NCBI GenBank assembly: GCA_963749495.1
Contig: CAVVMW010000018.1
Span: forward strand, 1 to 64,000
Source of the DNA: an uncultured bacterium
Lineage (GTDB): Bacteria > Verrucomicrobiota > Verrucomicrobiia > Limisphaerales > UBA8199
Direction of reading: 5' to 3'
Length of the DNA stretch: 64,000 nucleotides
In this document: positions 52,973-63,784 of the stretch, one piece after another
Position numbering within the stretch: position 1 is the stretch's first letter
Layout of the letters: every line of letters starts with the position of its first letter
Position numbers and translations under genes: made by a program
The notes under the pieces: generated by a model
What the model was told of the DNA's origin: nothing
The model's database searches: none
What the model saw: only the letters and a program-made list of their open reading frames with translations

Positions 52973-53881
52973 TCACCCGCCCCCGGCCTGAACCACGTCG
53001 TCCGCTGCCGCGGAGCGAGGCGTGTGCTGGCGCCACTGTCGTGGTGGCATGTCCTGCAGCCGGCGGAAGATGCGATTGAAGTGCTGCACGCTGCCGAAGC
53101 CGGACTCAAAAGCGATTTCGGAGCAGGTGTGATCGGTGCGCTTGAGCAAATCGCGGGCGCGGGAGATGCGCCGGCGCAGGATGAACTCGACCACACTGGT
53201 TCCGATTTCCCGCTTGAAGAGCCGCATCAAGCTGCGGGTGGAGACGCCGGCAGCGCGCGCGATGATGGACACCGTGAGCCGTTCCGCCAGGTGCACCTCG
53301 ATGAACGTGACGGCGCGTCCGAGCTGCGCTTGCACTCGGCCGGGCTCGGCCCGCAACCGGTGCTCGTCCGCGTGCGCCAGCCTGTTGGCAATGAGTTCCA
53401 GCAAGTCGAGCAGGTCCTGTTGCCGTTGCGGTGTCAGCACTCGGTTTTGCTGGAAGAGCTTGCGCAGCGGCGCGGAGTCGATGGCCGCGTCAACCAGGTC
53501 CCGGCGTGCGCTGCGCCACTCGGTCTGGGTGGGAGCGCGATCATGGACCTGCCCGCACTGGAGCAGCGCGATGGTCTCACCGTCGCGGACAACCGGGACA
53601 ATGAACTCAGTCAAACCGGCGTGGCAGCGGTAGCGCAAGACCTGCGCGCCGCGGCGGGCCTCCAGGAACCGGTCCTGGTCGCACATGGCGCAGAGCGCGC
53701 GCCCAGCGGCGCATTGCTCCAAAGCGAAGCAGAAAGGCTGCGAGCGCTTCTCCGGTTCGAACATGACCGCGTGCCGCCCGTCCGGGGAAACCAGCGCTAG
53801 GTTGACGCCAAAGAGACGCCAGGCGAGATCGGACAGATTGCGCAAGCCGGGCATGGCCGCGAGCTGGTCAAAGGCGCTCAT
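52973..53881 (-). CDS. AraC-family regulator with PocR-type sensor domain
   Basis: PFC..C..CD, YRCHAGL.E..VP, GQV; EIAFESGFGSVQHFNRIFRR. Confidence 0.9.
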   Translation of the reverse strand: MSAFDQLAAMPGLRNLSDLAWRLFGVNLALVSPDGRHAVMFEPEKRSQPFCFALEQCAAGRALCAMCDQDRFLEARRGAQVLRYRCHAGLTEFIVPVVRDGETIALLQCGQVHDRAPTQTEWRSARRDLVDAAIDSAPLRKLFQQNRVLTPQRQQDLLDLLELIANRLAHADEHRLRAEPGRVQAQLGRAVTFIEVHLAERLTVSIIARAAGVSTRSLMRLFKREIGTSVVEFILRRRISRARDLLKRTDHTCSEIAFESGFGSVQHFNRIFRRLQDMPPRQWRQHTPRSAAADDVVQAGGG

Positions 53882-54020
53882 GTGAACGCAGAAACAATGG
53901 CACAGGCAAAGCCGCTTGCAAGAACCAAGCCTTTCTTTCGGTCGCCGGAACTGCGGGGCGCATCTCGACGTTACCACCACCAAGGTAGGAGAAACGGGAC
54001 ACGGTTCGGGCAACCCAGAT

Positions 54021-54246
54021 TCATCCCGGAGGGATGAAAGAAGGTAGCCGGGGGTCGAAGCGTAGCGAGACCCCCGGTCCAAGGGTGACACGTCTCTGCA
54101 TCCCGGAGGGATGCCAGAAGGCAGCCCGGGCGCCCGGACGCTGGCTTCTGGCACCCCGTTCCGGGGTGCAGGATCCTTCCCCCGTTGACCGGGGGTCACC
54201 GCTGCGCGGCGACCCCCGGCTACCATCTGGCAACCCTCCGGGTTGC
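54021..54246. repeat. Multi-hairpin REPIN-like element
   Basis: ATCCCGGAGGGAT, GGTAGCCGGGGGTC..GACCCCCGGCTACC arms. Confidence 0.75.
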
Positions 54247-54489
54247 CATGCGGCTTGGCAAGACTGGTCTCCCGATTTCCGCCCCTGCTCTGGAGGTGGT
54301 GGCACTGTCGAGATACGCCCGGAATGGCTCCCGGTGTCCAAAAACCGAGCTGTGCCGCTTGGCGGGATCGGTTCATAAAATGGCGCAGTCCGTGTGGCAA
54401 AAGCCGCCCATCCGCAGTAATCTGGTCCCGAAAAGAAGCCCAATGCTGCACCATCATTTCAATCCATCGAACCTCGACAGGGAGATACC

Positions 54490-57400
54490 ATGAACGCGCG
54501 CTACAAATTGAATGAACTGAGCCTCGTGCTGATGTCGCTGATTTTTCCAACGACCGCTTGCCTCGCCGCCTCGGAGACAATCTTCCCCGACGCGGTCAGT
54601 CCGGCGGCCGAATACTATGACGCGCCGAGCTGGGAGTTAGGCACGATCTTCCGCCCCACCGCGCCGGGCCAGATTACGCAGGCGCGCGTGTTTTCCCTGG
54701 CCGACGAGTCGGGCAATCACGTCGTGTCCATCTGGCTCAATTCCCCGGAGACACTGCTCTTCAGGACGAATTGGAATTTTGGGGGCGATGGGGCGTGGAT
54801 CACCCTGCCGATCCCCAATCTGCGGGTCCAGGCAAACGGCGACTATACCATTTCGATCACAACCACGGCTGCCGGCATGTATCCGGCAAACAGCGACTAT
54901 TTTGACACGCCGGGCGACGACGGGCAGCACTTGTCGTGGCCGCAAGGGGCAGGGGTATTTGACGCCACCGCGGGGAACCGGCCTGCCAGCAGTTACCATG
55001 GCACTGCCTACCTGCGCGACATCGTTTTCGAGGCGGACGCTGTCTTTCCGGTCATGGGCGTCCAGGGCAATGGACTGGCCATCCCCTCGGGCGAGGTGAG
55101 TCCCAGCAGTGGGGACGGCACCCAGTTTGGCGCAGTGAAACTTGGGGGCAGCCCCCAGTCGAAGACGTTCACGGTCCTTAATTCCGGCACAGCGAACCTG
55201 GTTTTCTCGGCTGTTCCGCCGGTTGCCATCATGGGCCCGCAGAGCGGGGATTTTGCCGTGGTTAGCCAGCCGGTGTCTCCGGTGGCGCCGGGGGGAAGCA
55301 CAACCTTCACCATTCAATTTGCCCCTTCCGCGGCCGGGTTCCGCGATGCGACGGTCATCCTCACGAATAACGCGGCGGTGCCTTATCAGTTTGCCATCGA
55401 AGGTCTCGGCATCGGAGGTGGTGGCTATACCGTGCTGGGGAATCAGACCGCTACGACCGTCCAGACGCTCCCCTCCGGGCAAATCACCGGGAGCCGGTTC
55501 GAGGCCCTGCGGAACATGCGTCTCACACAGATCAGCGTCCAGGTTGCCCAATTGACCGCCGCCGGCGGCAGTGCGGTGCTCAAGGCCGCGATTTACTCGG
55601 ACAACGGCGGCGCTCCGGACCAGTTCTTGAGTGGCACCTCGGAACTGGCGAACCCGACCAACGGATGGTACTCGCTGCCGCTGACAGCGCCTGTCAATGT
55701 TGCGGTTTTCAGCAACTATTGGCTGGTCGTCTGGGCAAACGCGGACCAAATCGCGCTCTACGCCAACTCGGCAGGCCAGCAACAATGGAGCCCATACCCT
55801 TATGACGTTGCTTGGCCCAACCCGCTTGACCTTTCAGGCGGCTCGGGCAGCGGCAACCTGTGCCTCTACGCCACGGGAACGCCCACGGACGACACCGGGC
55901 CGGAAATGGAAGTGCAGGGCAGCGGGGTGTGGATTCCATCCGGAGGCACCAATGTCACGTCCGCCAACGGCACCGACTTCGGCGGCTCCAGCCTTTACGG
56001 CGCGGCGCGTTCGCAGACCTTCACGATCCTGAACATCGGCCAGACCAGCCTTGCTCTTACCGGCGCCCCCAGCGTGACGGTGGTTGGCCCGCAGTCGGGT
56101 GACTTCGTTGTCACCGCCCAACCCGCTGCCTCGGTGCCCGCGGGTGGCAGCACCACCTTGACCCTGAAATTCACCCCCTCGGCAGCCGGCCCCCGGCAGG
56201 CCACAGTCCTCATCGCCCATGCCGACAGCCCAACTAACGCGTATTCATTCGCCATTCAGGGCGAGGGCCTGGACCTTTCCGGAGCGGGCGTGATAGGCGA
56301 TGACGGCGTCGGGACCGATTCACGACCCATCGGCAACGTGATCACTGGAAATCGTTTTATGGCGCCAGCCGACCTGCGGATTACCGCGCTGCGCGCCAAG
56401 ATCATAAAGTCGTCAGCCAATTTCGCCTGCGCGGTGTATTCGGACAACAACGGCGTTGCGGACCACTTGCTGGCGGCCAGCGCGGTGGTTGCCGCGGCCA
56501 CAAACGGCTGGAATGCCTATCCCTTGACCTCGCCATTGGACCTGGCGGCCGGCAACTTCTACTGGCTGATGATAGCGTCCGATTCAACGGCGGCAGCGGT
56601 TCAAATCGATTATGTGGGCACTGGCTTCATCGGGGCTTATGCCGTCACGGACCTGAGCGGGCCGTGGCCTGATCCAATCCTGCTGACGCCGATTCAGTAT
56701 GAACCCCGCACTTACTGCATCTATGCGGAAGGCACCCCGATCACGCCGGCCCCGGGGCGGCAATGGATTTGAGAGGCGGCGGGCAACTCATTGTTTTCGG
56801 AGACACCTTGCCTTCCACCCTCGACGGCACCGATTTCGGCAACGCGCCCATCAAGACAGGCGCTTTGGATCACACCTTCACGATCCAGAATTCCGGCGCC
56901 GCCCCGCTCCTGCTCACCGCCGCGCCGCCCGTGGTGATCACCGGGCCCCAGGCGGCTGATTTCCATGTGACTTCGCCACCGGCCTCCCCCGTGGCTCCGG
57001 GAGGCAGCACGACGTTCACCGTCCGTTTCGCGCCTTCCGCCATAGGCTTGCGCGCCGCCACGGTCAGCATCGCCAACAATGACATCGATCCCGATAAGAA
57101 TCCTTACCAGTTTGCAGTCCAGGGCGCCGGTTTCATCGTCGGTCGTGAGTCCATCTTCCCGGACAGCCAGGTCGGGGCCGACGTTAACAATGACGGGACG
57201 CAGTACAATCTGGGCGTCATCTTTTCCTCCGCGGTCAACGGCGCAATCACCGAGCTGCGCGTCTTTTCTGTCGCCGGCGACACCGGCGCCCACACCGCGT
57301 GGATCTGGAACACCAGCGACGGGACGGCGCTCGCCGGACCCTACACCTGGGACTTCGGCGGCGTCACAGGCTGGATTTACCTCGACATTCCGCCCGTGAC

Positions 57401-58232
57401 CATCCAGGCCGGCAACCAATACACCGTCAACATTACGACGGGCCAGGGCCCCATGCACGACTACGCGAACATCGCCGGCATCCTGACGGACGCCAGTGGC
57501 AACGGCATAGACCTGTCCTACCCGGCGAGCGCGGGCGTGTTCATAAACCCGGCCAACGGACCTCCCCTCAACCAGATGCCGAACCAGACCTGGAATGGCA
57601 GCAGCTACCTCCGTGACATTGTGTTCGTCTCGGCAGGGAGCGCGGCCGTTTTCCCAGACATTGCCGTTGAAGGGAATGCCAACCCGATTCCCGACGGGTA
57701 CAGTTCGCCCGACGCGACCAACAACACCTATTTGGGCGCCGCCTCGGCCGGCGGCGGGACCGCGGATCTCTCTTTCGTCATCACTAACGCCGGCACCGCG
57801 CCCTTGAATCTGACCGGCACGCCGGCAGTGGCCATCACTGGCCCGCAGGCGGGCGATTTCAAAGTGGTGGCCCAACCCTCCACGCCCATCCCTCCGGGCG
57901 GAAGCTCGCGTCTGACGATTCGCTTTGCGCCCTCCGCAACGGGCGTCCGGAAGGCCATCGTGTCGATCCAAAACGATGACAAGAACCCCTTCTATTTCTC
58001 GATCTCCGGCACTGGCAACACCCCGGTGCGAATCACGGCCATCACCCCCGACTTGAAGGCCGGCAACGTCACGTTGCAGTGGCAGGGCCCGGGCCAGCAA
58101 TTCCAGGTGCAACGGGCCAACGCGGTCACCGGGCCGTTCACCCCGATTGGGGCGCCGCAATCCGGCACGACTTACACCGACCTCGGCATCCTGAAAACGA
58201 ATGCCAGTGCATTTTACAGGATTAGCTATTAG
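54490..58232 (+). CDS. Large surface protein with DUF4082-like and choice-of-anchor D Ig repeats and a C-terminal FYR domain (frameshift near 56755)
   Basis: Signal peptide; four GT.FG..FT..N.G..L..GPQ.GDF.V..QP...V.PGGSTTF...F.PSA.G.R.A repeats; ELGTIF/NLGVIF..YLRDIVF domains; ends AFYRISY. Confidence 0.8.
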
Positions 58233-58381
58233 TGTGAGCGGCATGAAGTCATCAGCAGGCTTGTGTCTGGCTCTCCAGGAACCGGCGCCAAGTCCGAAGG
58301 TTTTGGACTGCGCCAGTCCTCTGGCGCTTTTTAGACCTTGGGAACGCGAAAGCGCCCCCGATGCATCCAGTGCGCTCAGTC

Positions 58382-58572
58382 TTGTCCCGGAGGGACACTT
58401 GACAATAGCCCAACGTTTCAACGTTGGGTTTAGCCGGCACGGGGGAATAAGTCCCGTAGGGACGGCTGAAAGGACGGTGGATTTCATCCGTCCCTACGGG
58501 ACTCATGATCATTCGGTGCGGGTGAACCCAACGTTGAAACGTTGGGCTATTCTCAGATGTCCCTCCGGGACA
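58382..58572. repeat. Multi-hairpin REPIN-like element, copy 2
   Basis: Same layout as 15803-15994, with changes that keep the stems paired. Confidence 0.8.
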
Positions 58573-58623
58573 GGACTTGGGCGCGTCCAGCCGGTTTCCG
58601 CGGAAATCTACCATTGTCGAACT

Positions 58624-59386
58624 ATGAACCGGCGTGTAACCCCGTGGCCCCGCGGCTTCACGCTCATCGAGCTGCTCGTCGTCATCGCGATCATTGCCAT
58701 TCTGGCGAGCATGCTCCTGCCGGCGTTGGCGCGGGCGAAGCAGAGAGCCCAGAGAATCAGGTGCGCGTCGAACCTCAAACAAGAAGGGGTCGCCTGCGCG
58801 ATGTATCTGGCCGACAACGGCGAGCGATTTCCCACCAACGACAAGGGCATCGATTGGACGTACTACTCCTGGGGCGGCAAAGAGGGCGAAATCCCGGTTG
58901 ATGGAACAGTCGTGGGAAGTCAGATTCGGATGCTCAACCCTTACATTATCAAAACGGGAGCGGTAGCGACCAATGAAGGGGGGGCCGCCCTCGTATTCTC
59001 CTGCCCCAGCGACACCGGCGCCAAGCATGGCGCCTGGCCCAAGGATCTTCTCCCAACGATCTTTGACACGGACGGCAGCAGCCATTTTTACAATTGCAGC
59101 GCCAACGACAACGATGGTGACAAAGGGTTGTTTCGCAAGAAGACCTCCGATGTCCGGAACCCCAGCCGGATGATCCTCGCCAACGATTTCGCCTTCAATT
59201 GTTACTTCCAGTATGTGACGTGGGGGAGGAAGGTGTTCCAGTACATGTACCTGGCACGACAAGACCAGCCTCGGCTACGGCAACGTTCTCTTTGTCGATT
59301 CGCACGTGGCGTATTACCGGGCCACCCCCGATAAGCCCGACTTTCAGCACGGCAAGGACTGGACGTTTATCGTTAGTGATTATTGA
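58624..59386 (+). CDS. Prepilin-type N-terminal / H-X9-DG-like protein (frameshift near 59250)
   Basis: [31 protein letters not shown]; shifted tail [19 protein letters not shown]. Confidence 0.85.
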
Positions 59387-59393
59387 TCCGGAA

Positions 59394-59930
59394 TTGTCTA
59401 AGTATTCAACACCTGGTTATGGCATCCCTGGCCGTCGTTCAACGGCGGCGTGGGCAGGCGTTTGTCTGGCGCTCCATCTCGGCGGTGGCGCCCTGTTCGC
59501 CGCCCGGCTGCAGCTCGATCTCACGGGCGCCTGGGATTTCTATCCGGATGTGGGCGGCGCAGCCCTGGCCAGCGCGGTCGTGAAGCCGGGCAGGATTATA
59601 GTGCCCGGCGCGTGGCAGGCGCAAGGGTACGGGCAGCCGGGCGGCACGATTCCGGCTTCCCTCCTCAACGCCAATACTTCGCCGGCCGATCACCTGCGCC
59701 ACAATCTGACTGCCCGGTGCCTGTACGTTCGGTCGGTCGAGGTGCCGGTGTCATGGAAGGGGCGGCGGGTTTTCCTGGCCGTGCGCCGGGTCTATACCTG
59801 TGCGGACGTCAGCGTGAACGGGAAGCGCATCGGGGAATGGGAAGGCTTCTGCAGTCCGTTCGAGTTCGATGTCACCGATGCCATCCTCTTTGGGGCCCGG
59901 AACCAATTCGTCATCGGGGTGGACAACCGA
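59394..59930 (+). pseudogene. GH2-type N-terminal sugar-binding domain, truncated at a REP; start uncertain
   Basis: LDLTGAWDF, VPGAWQAQG, VPVSWKGRRVFL, VNGKRIG..EG..PFEFDVT, VDN then repeat sequence. Confidence 0.7.
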
Positions 59931-60055
59931 AGCGTTTTGGACTGCGGCAGTCCTCTGCCGCTTTCGTATTCTCAGAACCAGGGACTGAAAAGCGGCAGAG
60001 GACTGCCGCAGTCCAAAACCTGCGGGCTTGGGGTCGGTTCATGGAGAGCCGATCA

Positions 60056-60922
60056 ATGATAATCAATATCCACACTCATTTCTTCCGGCCCGAAACGGAC
60101 TTTGGTCCCCAGTTGCTGGCCGACCTCAAGCGCTGCGGCGTGGAGACCGCGTCCTGGGGCAACGTCGGCCAGAGGCATCTGGAAACGACCGGGGCCGCCG
60201 ACGCGGCAATCGTGTTTGGCCTCCAGGCCGCCGCCACGGGCTGGAATGTGCCCAACGACGCGGTCGCCGGGCACGTGCAATTGGCGCCGGAGAGGCTGGT
60301 GTTCTTCGCCTCGATCGACCCCGGGCGAGCGGGCTTCCAGGACGAACTGGGGCGCTGCCACCAGGACCTGCATTGCCAAGGCGTGAAGCTGGCGCCGATT
60401 TACCAGGGCGTACACCCCCTGGATCCGCGGTATCGCGAGATTTATGCCTACTGCGAGAAGCACCGCCTGCCCATCCTCATCCACATGGCGACCACATTTT
60501 CTAGCGGCACGCCCTTGGAGTATGCCCGGCCGGCGCATATCGACCAGGTGGCGTTGGATTTCCCGGAACTCAAAATCGTGCTGGCCCACCTGGGGCATCC
60601 CTGGGAGGGTGAAACCATTGCCGTCATCCGGCGCAACGCCAACGTGTGGGCCGACCTGTCCGCCCTTTATTACCGGCCCTGGCAATTCTATAACTCGATG
60701 CGGTTGCTGACCGAATACCACGCCGAATCCAAAGTGCTTTTCGGCTCCGACTTTCCTTTCACCACCACGGAAGATTCGCTGAAGGGCATCCGCGCGTTGA
60801 ACTGTGTCGTGGGCCAGAGCGGGTTGCCGCGCGTGCCCGAGGAGATCATCGAGGGAATCATCCGCCGCGACGCGCTGCGCCTGCTGGGGCTCAGGCATCC
60901 TTTGGAGGACCGGCGGTCATGA
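60056..60922 (+). CDS. Amidohydrolase family 2 protein
   Basis: IHTH, GVKLAPIYQ, PILIH, VLAHLGHPW, VWADLSA, LFGSDFP. Confidence 0.9.
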   Translation: MIINIHTHFFRPETDFGPQLLADLKRCGVETASWGNVGQRHLETTGAADAAIVFGLQAAATGWNVPNDAVAGHVQLAPERLVFFASIDPGRAGFQDELGRCHQDLHCQGVKLAPIYQGVHPLDPRYREIYAYCEKHRLPILIHMATTFSSGTPLEYARPAHIDQVALDFPELKIVLAHLGHPWEGETIAVIRRNANVWADLSALYYRPWQFYNSMRLLTEYHAESKVLFGSDFPFTTTEDSLKGIRALNCVVGQSGLPRVPEEIIEGIIRRDALRLLGLRHPLEDRRS

Positions 60923-61959
60923 GGCTCCCAGCCACCATGCGGGCGCTCCAGCTCCAGGCCATTGACCGGCTCGTCGAAGTCCAGGTGCCCGTGCCCCGGC
61001 CCAAACCGGGCGAGGTGCTCGTCCGCACCGTGGCGACGACGATTTGCACCTCGGACCTCAACGACATTGCGCACAACCCGTTTGGCATCGCCCTGCCGCG
61101 GGTGATGGGCCACGAAGGCGCGGGCGTGGTCGCCGCGCTGGGCCGGGGCGCCAACGGCGTCCGCATCGGCGACCGCGTGGCGGCCCACCCGGTGATTCCG
61201 TGCGGCGCGTGCGACAACTGTCGGCGCGGCCTGGGACATCTGTGTTCGAACATGGGCCACCTGGGCCTGGACCGCGACGGCACGTTTGCCGAGTACCTCT
61301 GCATCCCGTCGGACCGGGTTCGCCGGGTGCCGAGCGGTGTGCGCATGAATGCCGCGTCGTTGCTGGAGCCGGTGGCGGTCTGCCTCGAAGCGCTGGAACG
61401 GGGCCGCATTCAACGAGGCGACTCGGTCCTGGTGGTCGGGGATGGTCCGTTCGGGATCATCATCGCGCGCCTGGCGGCCGGCTGCGGGCCGCGGAAAATC
61501 ATTTTGGTGGGACGCCATGATTTCCGTCTCAGCCAGGTGCCCGAAGCCGTAAGCGTTCACGAAAGACGCGCCACCGATGCGCGCCAGGCGGTCCTGGCCG
61601 CCAATGACGGGGTGGGTCTGGACGTGGCGATCATGGCGGCCGGAACCCAATCCGCCCTGGACCTTTGCGCGGCCAGTCTGCGCGCTCGGGGCCGGCTGGT
61701 GGTGTTCAGCTCGATCCAGGGCCGGGCCAGCTTCGACCTGTTCCGCTTGCACACGCAGGAATTGGAGATTCTGGGCGCGTGCAACGACCGGGACCTGATC
61801 GACCCGGCCCTGAAACGGTTGAGCGATCCGCAACTGCGAGTGGCTTCGCTGGTGACGCAACGGCTGCCGTTCGCCCAATGGCCGCGCGCCTTGCACCTGG
61901 CCCGGCACGGCAAAGATCAGGCCCTGAAGGTCGCGCTCATGTTTGGAGAGGACTCGTGA
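60919..61959 (+). CDS. Zn-dependent alcohol/polyol dehydrogenase
   Basis: ICTSD, GHEGAG, CGACDNC...C, EPVA, VVGDGPFG. Confidence 0.9.
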   Translation: MRLPATMRALQLQAIDRLVEVQVPVPRPKPGEVLVRTVATTICTSDLNDIAHNPFGIALPRVMGHEGAGVVAALGRGANGVRIGDRVAAHPVIPCGACDNCRRGLGHLCSNMGHLGLDRDGTFAEYLCIPSDRVRRVPSGVRMNAASLLEPVAVCLEALERGRIQRGDSVLVVGDGPFGIIIARLAAGCGPRKIILVGRHDFRLSQVPEAVSVHERRATDARQAVLAANDGVGLDVAIMAAGTQSALDLCAASLRARGRLVVFSSIQGRASFDLFRLHTQELEILGACNDRDLIDPALKRLSDPQLRVASLVTQRLPFAQWPRALHLARHGKDQALKVALMFGEDS

Positions 61960-63104
61960 AAATCACCGACCTTCAAGGCATCGTCCTGGAATCGCCTTAC
62001 CAGAACCAGCCGCCGGCAGGAAGCGAAGAGGCCCACGGCGTCAAGCATTGCCTGCTCCTCAAGGTCAGCACCGACGAAGGCATCACGGGATGGTCGGACG
62101 TGGAGACAGCGCCGCACGTTGGGGCCGCCGTAGTCGCCGCTCCATCGAGCGGCGCGGGGGTGTTCGAGGGGCTCAAGTCGCTGGTGATGGGCGAAGATCC
62201 GTTCGACGTGGAACGGCTCTGGGACAAGGTGTATCGCGGCACCATCTACTACGGGCGGCGCGGCGCGGCCGTGCAGGTGCTCTCCGGGTTCGATATCGCC
62301 TGTCACGACATTATCGGCAAGGCCATCGGGCGTCCCCTGCACAAGCTCCTGGGCGGCGCCTTCCGCCAGCGCGTGCGCGCTTACGCCTCCACCCTCTTCC
62401 GCCAGACGCCCGACGACATGAAGCGCGCCTGCGAGTTCTACTTGCGGCGCGGTTTCACCGCCATCAAGTTCGGCTGGGGTCCCTTCGGCCAGGACCGTCG
62501 GCGCGATATCGCCCTGGTCGCGGCGGCGCGCGAGGCGATTGGGCCCGGCGTTGAGCTGCTGGTGGACCCGGGCTGGATGGTCAACCGCAGCGCCTGCGAG
62601 GCCATTGAACTGATCCGCGCCTTGGAGCCATACCGCATCTTCTGGCTCGAGGATTTCCTGCACCCTGAATGTTATGAGGGCTACGCCCGTGTCAAAGAGG
62701 CGGGCCTCAAGACGCGGCTGGCCGCCGGCGAGCAGGAAGCCACCGCATGGGGCTTCCACGACCTCATCACGCGCGCCAAGGTGGACGTGGTGCAGCCGGA
62801 CCTGAGCCGGTGCGGCGGCTTGAGCCAGGCGCGCAAGATCATCTGGGAGGCGCAGCGGGCCGGTGTGGACGTGTGCCCTCACGCGTGGCTCACGGACTTG
62901 CTCTCCGCCGCAAGCCTGCACGTCAATGCCTGCCTGGAACGCAGCCTCTTCCTGGAATACAACGTCTGCGACAACCCGATGCTCCGCGAAATCATCCGCA
63001 ATCCGATTCAAATGGACCCCGACGGCATGGTGCCCGTTCCCCAGGGGCCGGGCCTGGGCATCGAGATCGACGAGACGGCCGTGGAACGCTTTCGCGTGGG
63101 ATGA
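61956..63104 (+). CDS. Enolase-superfamily mandelate racemase-like acid-sugar dehydratase
   Basis: SGFDIACHDIIGK, LLGG, AYAS, GFTAIKFG, LVD, WLED, AAGE, QPDLSRCGG, PGLGI. Confidence 0.9.
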   Translation: MKITDLQGIVLESPYQNQPPAGSEEAHGVKHCLLLKVSTDEGITGWSDVETAPHVGAAVVAAPSSGAGVFEGLKSLVMGEDPFDVERLWDKVYRGTIYYGRRGAAVQVLSGFDIACHDIIGKAIGRPLHKLLGGAFRQRVRAYASTLFRQTPDDMKRACEFYLRRGFTAIKFGWGPFGQDRRRDIALVAAAREAIGPGVELLVDPGWMVNRSACEAIELIRALEPYRIFWLEDFLHPECYEGYARVKEAGLKTRLAAGEQEATAWGFHDLITRAKVDVVQPDLSRCGGLSQARKIIWEAQRAGVDVCPHAWLTDLLSAASLHVNACLERSLFLEYNVCDNPMLREIIRNPIQMDPDGMVPVPQGPGLGIEIDETAVERFRVG

Positions 63105-63781
63105 ATGCGACTTCTTTCACCAACGACTCTCAGCGCTTTGATTGGATTCGACATCACCTCTACGTGGCTGCTGTCTGCGACATTCTGGACAGCCTGGGCC
63201 ATCGGCAGCAGGCCATGCACCAGCGCCTGCGGCCCCTTGACCCGGCCAACTGCACCATCGTCGGCCGCGCCCGGACCATTCGTTGGATGGAGACTGATTA
63301 CGTTGTCGAGGATGATCCCTACGGCTTGGAGATCGACGCGATGGACTCGCTCAAACCGGGCGATGTGCCTGTCCACTCCACCGACTACGGCGGGACCAAC
63401 GCGCCCTGGGGCGAGTTGATGAGCACGGTGGCCAAGCGCAACGGCGCCGTCGGCTGCGTCTGTGACAGCCAGATTCGTGACTGCCGCAAGATTATCGAAC
63501 TTGGTTTCCCGGTTTTTTACCAAGGCATTCGGCCGCTGGACAGCAAAGGCCGCGGGCGGGTGATGGCCTGTGACGTGCCGGTGAAGTGCGGCGAGGTGCT
63601 CGTGCGCCCGGGCGAGCTAATCTTCGCTGATTTTGACGGCGTGGTTGTGGTGCCAAAGGCCGTGGAGGACGAGGTCCTGCGCCTGGCCCAGGAGAAGGTC
63701 GGCAAGGAAAATGACTCGCGCCGCGAACTGCTCAAGGGCCGCTCTCTTCGCGACGTGTACAACCAATACCATGTGCTTTGA
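63101..63781 (+). CDS. RraA-family / HMG-aldolase-like protein
   Basis: VCDILD, GRART, APWGELMS, DSQIRD, FPVF, PGELIFADFDGVVVVP. Confidence 0.88.
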   Translation: MNATSFTNDSQRFDWIRHHLYVAAVCDILDSLGHRQQAMHQRLRPLDPANCTIVGRARTIRWMETDYVVEDDPYGLEIDAMDSLKPGDVPVHSTDYGGTNAPWGELMSTVAKRNGAVGCVCDSQIRDCRKIIELGFPVFYQGIRPLDSKGRGRVMACDVPVKCGEVLVRPGELIFADFDGVVVVPKAVEDEVLRLAQEKVGKENDSRRELLKGRSLRDVYNQYHVL

Positions 63782-63784
63782 CTT

